Positions 22,943 through 34,100 of a stretch of DNA of 64,000 bases are shown here, piece after piece. How positions within the stretch are numbered: position 1 is the stretch's first letter; every line of letters starts with the position of its first letter. The stretch lies in NCBI GenBank assembly GCA_964036045.1, contig OZ038378.1, positions 15,686,001 through 15,750,000 on the forward strand, read 5' to 3'. This DNA is from Eutreptiella sp. 'Long Island Sound 2002'. Its lineage: Eukaryota > Protista > Euglenida. The position numbers were made by a program, and so were the translations under genes. A model generated the notes under the pieces. The model saw only the letters and a program-made list of their open reading frames with translations. It did not search any database and had not been told where the DNA came from.

Positions 22943-24535
22943 TGGGCCCGATGGCAAGTGTGTGCGGAACCTGACTGTGAGAGGGGTGGAAAATCAGGAC
23001 CACACCCGGGAACAAACAAAAGCGCCATATTTTAATATTTAATTTTGCATGCCGCAAAGTCAAGAAAACACCAAGTGCAGGGACAGACATGACTTGCCCC
23101 TCAATGTGTTCCAATTTCCGCCTCCTAGTTTTGGCCCCCTTCCACAAGTTTTTTGTTCCATACTAGGGTTTTTCGTCCTCCTATGCATTGGGGATGTGGC
23201 ATATTTGAATTGTCATCCATTTTTACCCATTTGCAACCATTTTTACCTGTTCTCCATCCCCCTTTTCTCCCCACCATGGGGACCCCGAGAAGGGAGGGGT
23301 GACGTAGCCATGTTGATCTATCCCCATTATCTGTTGGGGGTGATATTCAACAAAGGGACAGGTGTAAGCTTGATTTCCTGCCCGAGCTTTGGTTTCGTGT
23401 TGTTGAGCAAGAGTTATTCAACGTACGGTCTGTCCTACATAACAAATGTCGTCTCCAAACCAAGAGGTCAACAACTGTCCAACCTAGCAGTTGTGTACAA
23501 CGTAGGCGTTTGGCTCACATGGGTCAATGTTCCTATTCCATACCATCCTTCGTTGTTCAAGCACGGAAAGTTCGTACAAACCTATTTGAAGGTAAATTCA
23601 GTATTATCTTGTGGGCTTTGCTGCTTTGCCGTGCTACTATCAAACAGGTGGTAGGTGATCTTGGGTGAGTTTCCCGGTAGGTGCATGCAATGCGCACACA
23701 GTGCGCACACAACAACATGCCCCTTATTCAAGTATTGGTTGGCTCACGTGGGGAACACTTATGCAGGGTGGGTGACACCCCCTACTTTGACTTTGCAAAC
23801 TGCCCACCAAGCTTTGTTAAAGAGGACACAGTTGTGGCCTCAACATACAACAAGGAACTAGAGGCTGTTCACAACATCGGCTACTACTTGGGCCGAGGAA
23901 AGGGCGGGGCACACAAACCGTGCCTTCTTGGGGTTCCCAAAGCATGGATGAATCACAATTGGTGCCTAGGGGAAATCCTTGCAATGCGAGCTACTTCTAG
24001 ACTAACCCCCCCCCCCCAAAGAGCCCAAAAACACCCTTTCCAAATGCCCTCAAAATTGGACCACTCCGGCTACCCTAGCTACACACAATTGCGCACTACC
24101 TCCCTTCCCAGAAGATGTCATGCAAAATGGAACAAGCCATGAACATTTGGATAACTTCTTTCACACTGAGGTCGCTCTCAAACATCGGTTATAGCTCTCA
24201 AACGTCGGGTATAGGGTTTCCGGAGCCATTAAGACTTCGCCAAAATCTTGGCATCTTATCAAGGTCCGTTTAGCTTGCTTCTTGGCATACTTGTTCTTGC
24301 CTTTTGATGAGATTGCACTTAGTGCGGCGGCTGCTGCCACAGCTGGGATCGGTTTCATTGGGATCCACGTTCATCAGTGATTCCAGTGATTCCAGTGTAG
24401 TGAGTGGGAGTTGTCTCAAATCCTAGGCAGTGTTCTCTCTCACCTCAAAGTAGAATGGGGAAGAGAATGTCCAGAGTGCACGGGATTGCGGCCAACATAG
24501 ACAAATGTACATAGACCAGTTGGGGCACCATGCAG

Positions 24536-24715
24536 AGCATAGGAAACCATGGTTCCCCCCCCCCCCCCTTGCAAACTCCTGGGTTAGTGCGCGACGGTCT
24601 CCCGGGTGGGGGGGGAGACGGTTGCCAAGTGACGGTCTCCCCGGGGGGGGGGGGGGGGTTGCAAGGGTATTTCAAGGCAAACTGTGGTACCCTCCATAGC
24701 ATAGGAAACCATGGT
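24536..24715. repeat. Poly-C/poly-G-rich insert flanked by an 18-bp direct repeat AGCATAGGAAACCATGGT
   Basis: Direct repeats at 24536-24553 and 24698-24715; internal inverted CCCTTGCAA/TTGCAAGGG. Related segments at about 26275-26360 and, reversed, about 50225-50270. Confidence 0.6.
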
Positions 24716-27284
24716 ATGAGAATAGCCAACTAGTTTACTGGTAACCGCAAATCAAGGGTCCCTATAGTGGGAAGTAATCAACCTAGAAAAGAGAACATGC
24801 AACGAAAATGAGCAAAGAATGTGTGAAAAGGGGTGAAATTTGGTGAACATTCAAATCCACATCCCCAGTGCAGAAGAAGCATCAAAAATGCATTGTCAAG
24901 CAACAATGACACCCCACAGAGTATGGGGCTCTAGTATGGCCAAAAGCCCAAATAGTTGCACTTTGCACACACTTTGCTCAAGGCGCCCCCTTAGTATAGT
25001 GTTGGTTGGGGACATGTCGGCAAAGATGCCCCACGCGCAGTACACTAGGATTCCCTCTTCACTTCCGAAAAGATACCCAAAGCATTGGCATCTGATGGCT
25101 GTGCACGAGGGTTCGAGTATTTGCTGACGTACCAAACTTTGCATGGTGTGCACGGCATTCCCAAGAAGTGGAACCTTTGAACCCCCCCCCCCAAAAAAAA
25201 CACCTAGCCATTTTTTCACTTTGCGATTGTGCATTTTTCTGTTTCCAGCTATGTGCTTCTATTTCTTTACTCCCCCCTATTGTTGGGCACACATGAACTC
25301 AAGAGGTGATAATGCCTCATGTTTTTCCTGAACCCTTATTGACAAGGTTTTGGCGAGTGTTGTTGGTCCGTCACCTCCCGGGTCAGGGTTTCTGCACATT
25401 CAATATCCCAATCTCTGCAAGGTCATTGACCATCACAATACGCAATACCCCGTGGTGATTGCTTTGCCCAAGTGTCCACATTGCCCAGACTCTTGGATGT
25501 CACCCCCCTCCCCTTGATTATGTATGGCAATATATACCGAGTAAAATTGGGGTGCAGTAGGGCGCAATTTGTATTTGGTGGACTGTTGCTTTTGCGACCA
25601 AATTCTTGGCTGTTGTTGCAATAGCATAGTGGCCGGCATGACAAAGACGTGGGTTCTTAGAGGCGGCACCGGCGCTGCCAGGGGGAACCCGGTTTTGCTT
25701 TTGTCCCTATGCAGGCAGTGTTTTTGGTACTTCTTCGTACGGGCCATGCCACTTCGTGTGACCTGGTACGCCAGCAAGCACCCTATCGGTATTCGTCTAA
25801 AGTCTTGGGCCATTGTTGTAGGATCGAATCTTCTAAACCTCAAGGCTGATTGGGATGCACTGAGGGGACTAGACTGGTGCCCGTGCGTGGTGGTGGCAAC
25901 AGGGATGAGTTTGTTTGCAGGGGTGTTATGATGATGACAGCACGGGGGACGTGTTTTGTGCAAATTAGGTTGGCAAGGGCTGATCCTACTCTGTGTTGCG
26001 GAATGAGAGAGCTAACCCAGACTGCCCATGAAACATTCGGTGGCCGTGGGTGCACAGTGACCTGAAGGCAATATGCGGTGCAGATCTGGTTTGCGCTGCG
26101 AGAGCGGCATGGCAAAAGATGGTTGAGATACGGTGATTGAACCGGTTGAGCCTGGCATGAGGTCAGGATCATGCTGGTTATTTCAAAACCTGACATCATG
26201 GCCGTACATTTGTTCATTGTGTACTGCAGGTGGATGGGGATGTACCCTCCCCCCCGATTGAAATCTCCCCAGTAGTGCGTGACGGTTCCCCCACAACCTG
26301 CGGGGAACCGCAACAAAATGATGGTTCCCCCTGGGGGACAGGGGGCGATTGCAAGGGTACACAACCCCAATCCCAACAATTGTCCATTGCCCAACCATTT
26401 CCGTTTCAATTTTAGTTTTAGGTCTCCCCCCCCCCCCAAGAACCATTGCAAGCACTACTAGAAGTGGTTAGGGCGCAAATCCCGGATCACTAGCCTCTCC
26501 CAGAAGCCATCTGACTCGCCGGTATGTCTCAAAATCTGTGGCATCATGCCCTCTCATGTGTCCGAAAATGTCCCAAAGGACCAGGTGCCCGCCTTCATGA
26601 TTGAAATCCATGCCATGTACTGTGTACCGTGAAGCAGGCCCAACGAGATGATGTGCAGCTCTTTGCAGCACCAAAGAGGGAGCATAAGTCAATGAGGTAT
26701 CCCTTCCTGCAACTGAATGGCTGCCTGCATGGCTGCCTACTGAACGTTGGGGACCTGACCCCGGCAGTGGCACCGCAATCATGGCACGGTGTCCCACTAG
26801 AACAATCCACACTGGTAAAATTGTGCAACGCGTTCCTTTTAGGCAGCATGAAGATGATTACACCGGCACACACACCCATCCACACACCCCAAACCCCTGT
26901 AGGTATATCCAAACCCCAACCCGCAAGCACCGCCCAACGCTGTTTCAGGGGGTGGGCGCGTGGTGGCCCATTCTGTGCCTTGGACATGGCGCGCAAAGAC
27001 ATACTACGCAGCGCATTAATGCTTAATCTACCCTGAAGGCATTGTGATTCTGCTCTCCTCTACTGCCCATAGGGAAAGGGGGTGCAATAATCCGGCACCC
27101 CCCCCTCCCTGCCCCTTGGAATCCCCCCCCCCCCCCCCTAGCATGCGACGTCTCTAGGGGGGGGGGGGGCGTCGCCAAGTGACGCCAACCCTCTTCCGCG
27201 ACCCCTGACAGGAACAGACTGGAGAAATGGAAGATTGTCTGTTTCTTGTTCCAACATGTGATACGGTTCAGCAGTGTCATCAGT

Positions 27285-27510
27285 GAGGTCCATGATTACC
27301 AACATCACTAGCTGGCATGAACAACATCATAAATCAATGTTTACACAATTTCACAAACAAATATCACCCCACATCACCAACCAACATTACCAACATCACC
27401 AACAGATCTCACCATCACCAACCCGCATCATCAACAGCACCAATAACAACGCCACATCAGCGCACAACGTCACCGATGTCACCAACGAACACCCCACAAT
27501 CATCATCAGC
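27285..27510 (+). repeat. Degenerate (CATCAC/CAACAT)n low-complexity tract
   Basis: Seen directly; explains the His/Asn/Thr-rich ORF starts. Confidence 0.7.
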
Positions 27511-27740
27511 AGTTTCTCGGGTACCTGGGGCCGAAGAGGTAACGCCGATCCAGTGCTCTTCTGCACCAACCACAATCACCAGACTCTTTGTCGGGGCGGC
27601 CTTCGGGTCGGGCACCGCACGCCGGAGGGTTGCGGGTTTTTCAATGCCATGGGGGATGGGGAGTTGTGCCGGCCATTGCTCTCATCTTCATGCCCCTGGT
27701 CCCACCAGCAAAGTGCAAGGCGTGCAGTGGCAGCAGCTGC

Positions 27741-28187
27741 ATGCCGAGTCTTCTGGACAACCAAAAATGGAGAAAGCAGATGGACGCGGACAGAGTGGAA
27801 GAGTGGAAGGACCGCTACATTGATTTCCGCGCCATTGCCGAATGCCCCCCCGACCCCCAGTACCAGGGCAACACCGGGATGGCACTTAAGGATGTGGCCG
27901 GGGCTTCTCCTCCGGGGACTCTGGGCGCGCCAAACGACGGGCGCAAGCGGTCCACGCATTGGGCCGAAGTGGCCGACTATGTCTCGGAGCGGTCGCCGCT
28001 GCTGGCGGAGCGTCGCGTGAGGAAGCAGCAGGCAGCCGCCCGTCGCAGCGCGATGCAGCACCTCCTCGAGGACGAGGTTCGGAAGGTCAATGAATGGGCA
28101 GAGCAGCAGCTGGCGAAATTCTCCGCTGCTGTGAAGAATCTGGAGAAGTATTCCCGTCAGTACAAAGGAATGCCCGCTCAGCATCAG
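27741..28187 (+). CDS. XPR1: SPX-EXS exon 1 (SPX N-terminus)
   Basis: EEWKDRYIDF and LLEDEVRKVNEW; donor CAG/GTTTGT. An alternative in-frame ATG exists at 27690. Confidence 0.8.
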
Positions 28188-31100
28188 GTTTGTTGTGATT
28201 CTAGTGCTTGCAGAAGTGCTGCTGCTGTTCTTGTTGCTGCCATCGTCGCTCAGCACCTCGTCTACCTCTGACTGCCCTGTTTGATATTCCAAGACATCCT
28301 GGGCACGCCCTGCCTTGATTGCCTTTGACTGGGTGAGGACCCCTAAACCGGACATTACTTTGCTGCTTGTGCCTTTTCAGGGTGTGCACAAACGACGCCC
28401 GTGTCAGAACAACAGGAGGTGTTGCTTCCGTCCTTTTCAGTGCTTTAACCGTTGTTCTTACCGGGAGGGGGGGTACATACCTCAAAAAATCAGCTCACGA
28501 GGATGGATATAAATGGGGTGTGTTGGATGTAGACCACAAGGAGGTGTTGGAACATAACGGAGGGGGGGCTGGATACAAGGGGGGTGCCTGGATTTTCAAT
28601 CGTGGGGGGGTATAAAGGGGTTGGGTGAATATGGGTCGCCCATGGGGTGGGCAATCCCCCAATACAGCGTAAAACCCCTTTGGGTGTGATTTGTGGCTTG
28701 AACGTTAAGTGCATTGTTAATGCTTGTCGCTGTTGGCCAGGGGGAGGGCGGTGCAGGAAATCATAACCACATATGTGGGGAGGGGGTGTTTTTTGAAACG
28801 CAGATAGCATGCTTACCCCCCCCCCCCCATTTCAAAAGGTGAATTGAAAGAGGGCGAGGGAGTACACGGCAGAGGGCCGGAAAATGTGGGCGCTAGTGTT
28901 GGCACAGCACAAAGTGCATTTTCCACGAAAAGGGGATTGGGTGTGGCAAATGTGTAGAGTGGGCGACAGTGGGGGGGGGGGGGGGGATTGAGGTCCGCAA
29001 TTTTCCCGCAATTTTCCGCAATTTTTTCCCCACAATTTTCCGCAATTTTCCCCCGCAATTTTCCGCAATTTTTTCCCCGCAATTTTCCGCAATTTTTTCC
29101 CTGCAATTTTCTGCAATTGGATTGGACCCTGCCTGACCGTCACCCCCCCCCCCCTGGCGACAGGCCCTGAAGGGAGCCCAACCCAATGGAGGGGTGTTGG
29201 GGGCGGGGAAAGGGGGGCTGGCAGCAATGGAGGGCTGGAGGCTACAGAATGGACAGCCCGCCCCGTTTGGTATGGAGGTTCTCTGAGGAAGGTCCAGGTG
29301 GTTGGGGATGGAAACGGGTGGTTCCGCAACCCCCAACCACCTCTGCATGGGCAGGCACGGCAGGGCACCGCGACGCAGGCGTATGGGCATGCCCCTTGCC
29401 GAAGCGAAGGGCACCCAGCCCACATGCTACATTGCAAAGCATACCCCAGAGGCGCACCCTGCGCAGAGCTCAAAGCAACAGGATCTCTTCCGTGCAATGC
29501 ACACGGGACATTCGGGATGTTTTCGCCGATTCCTGTGGCAGCCCCCTACACAGTTCCGCGTTGCTGCGATGCACCATCATTGAGGCACCTCCTTCTGTAC
29601 CACATTGGTACTGAATGCAATGGGGCATAAATACTGACGGCATTGCAGGACACGGCAGGATAGAGGGGCCCACAGAGCTCCTTCGCAGGCCCTTCCATGG
29701 CTCCCTGCAGGGCTCAAACTGGACGCACTCTGGGTCGCACTCAACTGGGCGGAGGAGGAGGGTACGGGGCGGCCTTCGTAGACCCCATATTAGAAGAGGC
29801 AACATGTCACGGTCAACAGCGTGAACTGCGGGGCTGCTGCGACTGTGGCCACCTCCCAGCTGCAGTGTGGTAACCCCGCCTTTGCGGAGCCCACGCTTCT
29901 GCTTCTTCGTTGGGCCTTCACAACGAACAGAGTTATCAAAGAACACAAAGACCAAAAGAATACGCGAAAATGCGGGAAAATTGCAACCCACCCCCCCCTT
30001 CCCTTGCAAAGCAATGCACCTCCTTCGTATGCTGCAGTGGTGAGCAGCAGGGCATTGCGAACTCACCCACAAAACTGCAGTCTTCCTCCGACACTTCGGA
30101 TAGACACAAATGGTCAACGAAGGCCGGTCACACAGCAGACAACTCACTGGACGCCGGTTGTACGACAGGGTGCCGAACCAGCCTTCAGGGACCCTTCCCG
30201 AAACACAAACAAGTGCACCCAGGCGCCGACCCCTATTCAGACTGCGGTGACAGAAGCCCTGGAGCAGACCAACCGGGCCTTTGAGGTGCTGACCAGTTAC
30301 TGCTCCTTGAACTCCGTGATCTTCCACGAAGTAGGCAAGGCCCTGTACGAGGACTCTAGTGAGTACTGGCGGTGGCTGGCGCACCACGCCACGCATCCGC
30401 CGGGGTTTGTGAAGGTGATGACGGAGGACATCCCCGAACAGCGGCTGCTGGTGTACAAGTACTACGCGCAGATCGGGGACATCACTTTGCAGCAGGTGTG
30501 TGAAGCTGGAGTCAGGGCTGGGGTGTTGCAGTGCCCCCTGCAGTGCCCCTTACCCGTCCTCACCCTGAGATGGCCCCTGGGCTGACCACGGGAGATGCAC
30601 AAGGACCTGGACCGCAAGCTGGCGGGTGAGTCGATGGACACGCACATTTGAATCCGGTCATGGCCCCGTCCCCCTTGGTTCTCGGACCAGGGATTGAAGA
30701 GACCACGGCTCACGATTGCAAAGTCGAGGGATGAGATGGAGGGTTCTAAGGCGACCCACAAGGACCCGGATGGTGAACATGAACCATGGCCAAGACACTT
30801 CTTTCTTGCCCCCCCCCCCCCCCCCACCCTCACCACCGCCCCTCCCACAGCCGCCGATATGGCGGCAATCCTGATAGACATCCGACGTCATGTACCTCCG
30901 CAAAAACGCATTGCATTTGACACCGGCGACACTGGTCCCTTTTGGTGCTCGTGCACTTGCATTCGCATGCTCCTCGTGCTATCTTATGCGATAGAGCAAG
31001 TGCTTCCCCGTGACACTGGGCAATGCACCCCCTCTCTTTCTTTATGATAGAGTGAGGACCGACTGCGCGCAAAGGTCAAGCCTCCAGCGCTGGGCTTCGA

Positions 31101-34100
31101 GGCGGGCGTGAACACGGGCCTGTCCGTAGGGATGTGCGTGCCCCTCGCCGCCGCCGCCATCCTGCTCCTCGTCCTCAAATGGGACCAGTCCGCGCAGAAG
31201 GAGGCCATGATCTACGCCACCGTGCCCGTGTTCCGTGGGTTCCTCGTGCTCATCGTGGCGGTGTGGCTCTTTGCGTGGGTGGCCAAGATGTCTGTGCGGT
31301 ACCGCGTCAACTACCCCTTCATCCTCGACCTTGACCCCGCCACGACGCTGCACTGGAAGGAGATCTTCACTCTGGGGGCGTACTGGTGTAGTGCGTGGCT
31401 CTGGACCTACTGCATCTTCACCCTCCAGGTCCCGCGCTGTGGTGGAGGCGGGTTGCGGGTTCAGGGTTTCGAATTTGGTTGTGGGTGTATCTGTGAGTTA
31501 TGGGTGAGTGGACAGGTTCAGGTCTTGGGTGTAGGTGAGGATTTTGGTTCACCCACGCGAAGGGCATAATGTGTAGATTTGCACCGAGAAATGGAAATAT
31601 CCAGAGATACCTCTGGAACGGAAGCAGCAGTACTGCTGCGTCCATGAGGATGTTAAGCCGTAGGGCAGTTTGAGTAGGTGGTGAATTGTGCTCAACTCAG
31701 TCCACCGAGGCCCCACCCAAGCCCTAACAAAGCCCCTACAGCAGAGCTGACCTATGACTTCCGACACCCTTTGTTTTCTGGAGACTTACCCCGTTTCTGG
31801 AGACCTCTTCTTAGTGAAACCAGCCACCCCACCGGAGCAGGGCCCCTTCTTTCATGGTTCTATGCTGAGACCTCTCAGGGAGGAGCGCACTTTTTGATAG
31901 TGATTGGCGATTCACCAGCGGCGGTTACTGGTCAATCAGGGTAGCTACTGATCGCCTGGTGATCTGTTGAGGTTCCAGTATATCGCAGTTTTTTTTCGAG
32001 GCATAAAGGATGGCCGTGCCCCCACAGGCAGATCTATGAGGATTATGAAACCTCCTGATCCTCATGCCTCCATAGGTCAAGCACGGGGTCATCGTCATCT
32101 CACCGAATCTTATTCCGACTGCGCTCATCCCCTGCATCTTCATGGTCGTTTCCCTCTTGAGCGCCTTCTGTCCCTTCAACATCATGTACCGACACACACG
32201 GTGGTGGATCCTACGGCAGGTGTCTGGGCTGGTGTGGTGTAGTGTGGGGTTGTTGAGTTGAGGTGGCCTAATGTGATGTGATGTGATGTGATGTGATGTG
32301 ATGTGATGTGATGTGATGTGATGTGATGTGATGTTGTGTGATTTCGCGTGGTGTGGTGCAGTGTGGTGTGTTGTTATTCAATGCTGTTCTCGTAGTGCAC
32401 ACAGGTTTGGGTCTTTCCCACAAAGTTCCAGGTTTTTCATTTTCAGAGTGTCTGCTACAGAACTTTCGGCGTTTTGTACCGCCATTCTTAGAAGGCACAC
32501 ATCACATCAATCCCTGTGGAGCTTGGTGAGTACCCGTTTGTGTGCTATTTCCACCACGCCGCCGCCAGTCACCATCAACAGATGCCTCACGCTCACACCC
32601 ATGTGCTTGAGTCTCTGTCGGCACAAGAGGAAGGCTTGGAGGATGAAAAAAAATGATGACGGTGTTTTTTGCCAAGTGCGTGTGCACTGTCCAGGTGATA
32701 TCTCTGAGAGTGGCCGTTGCAACTTGAAATGTCTGCCTGCTGCATGTCATTGCATAGTTGTGCTTTGGATGTGTAATTGGGTTGTTCAGATGTGTTTTCA
32801 AGTACAAGGTTGGAGACAGTAGAATATTACACCTGTTTCTCTTGCTGCTTTGCCCTGTTGTATGGAGGTGGTGGGTGCTTTTTGGTAGGTTTCCCATCTG
32901 GTGGGATTTGCTGAATATGCATGCAGTGCGCACGCAGTGCCACAACATTTCCTTGCGCGTAGCCCCTCTCCATGCTAGAGGAGGGGCACAAGAGGGAGTG
33001 CCCCAACCGCACCCAGCACCCGCTGTTGAGCGAGCTGCCGCATTGGATGGTGCGCCGAGACACCCCTCCAACGCACGTAGGCCGACAGCAGGAGGGAGGG
33101 AGGGAGGCAGAGCAAGACATGCACCGCCTGCAGCCGGTTGCGGTCATCAATCCCTTGCTCAGGAGGCATTGTGTGCCCCGCGCACCGGGATGTAATCCCC
33201 AGGACCTGCCTCCATAGACCTCTTCCAAATGGCCCGCAAGGGGAAACCTTGCCCAAAGCATCCACCTGCAACAGATGGTCATGAACCAAAAAGACCCAGA
33301 GTATTAGAAAATCAGTGGGGCCTTGGCGTGGTCAACAGCACCCCGCATGCACGTGACGTGCTGGAACTCATCAAGGGGGGGGAGGGGGATGAGGCCCAGA
33401 ATGTTTTACAATTTTCCGCAATTCCGCAATTTTTCGCAATTTTCTGCAATTATCCACAATGTATTGCAATTTTCTGCAATTTGCCGCCATTTTTCTGACG
33501 TGTTCATCTTACGTACCTGTTGGTGCTCCTTGCTGTCAATCGTGAACCATACTGGTGTGCACAACTATGCAGAGCAATGAGACTCAATTTTGTCCACGCT
33601 TGAAGGGGACTGAAGAGGCCATGCGGCAATGGTCACCTGTCACCTGTCATTTGCTGGTGTGCTGCCCGTGGGCCTTTCGTACGACCAAAAGAAATGCAGC
33701 CTGTCCAGAGTTGTTGCACCTTGAGGGTTAAGGAGGGTTGCTTCCGGTATCGCAACTTTACCGCATTTTCCCCGCATTTTTTCGCAGTTGGATTCGAGCC
33801 CCCCCCCGACCCCAATTTACCCCCCCCCCTGAAGTCATTCCCATGTGGCGAAGGCCCAACAATGTGCGCAATAACAACGTCACCACTGGAGCGCATGTAC
33901 TGCTACAAGCGTGTTTGGAAGAAAATGTGGTCTGCAGTAGGTGGCACACAAACTATGAAGAAAAGTGCAGCAGAATATCGTTCCCCACCCCACCTCTTTG
34001 CAACATAGCGACATGTTTTGAAATACACTAAGCGTCGACAAGATGCCCTGCGCCACGGGGGGGGGGGGGGCGACTCCGCGGGTCCTAGGACGCCAACTAC

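Noticed and set aside
27274-27740. 248-aa His/Asn/Gln-rich ORF and an N-terminal extension of the SPX ORF
   Set aside because: They derive from a CATCAC-type low-complexity tract; SPX homology starts near 27741.
32442-32457. TTTCAGAGTGTCTGCT, weakly resembling the euglenid spliced-leader sequence
   Set aside because: Short, mismatched, intronic, with no SL-RNA donor or gene context; probably chance.
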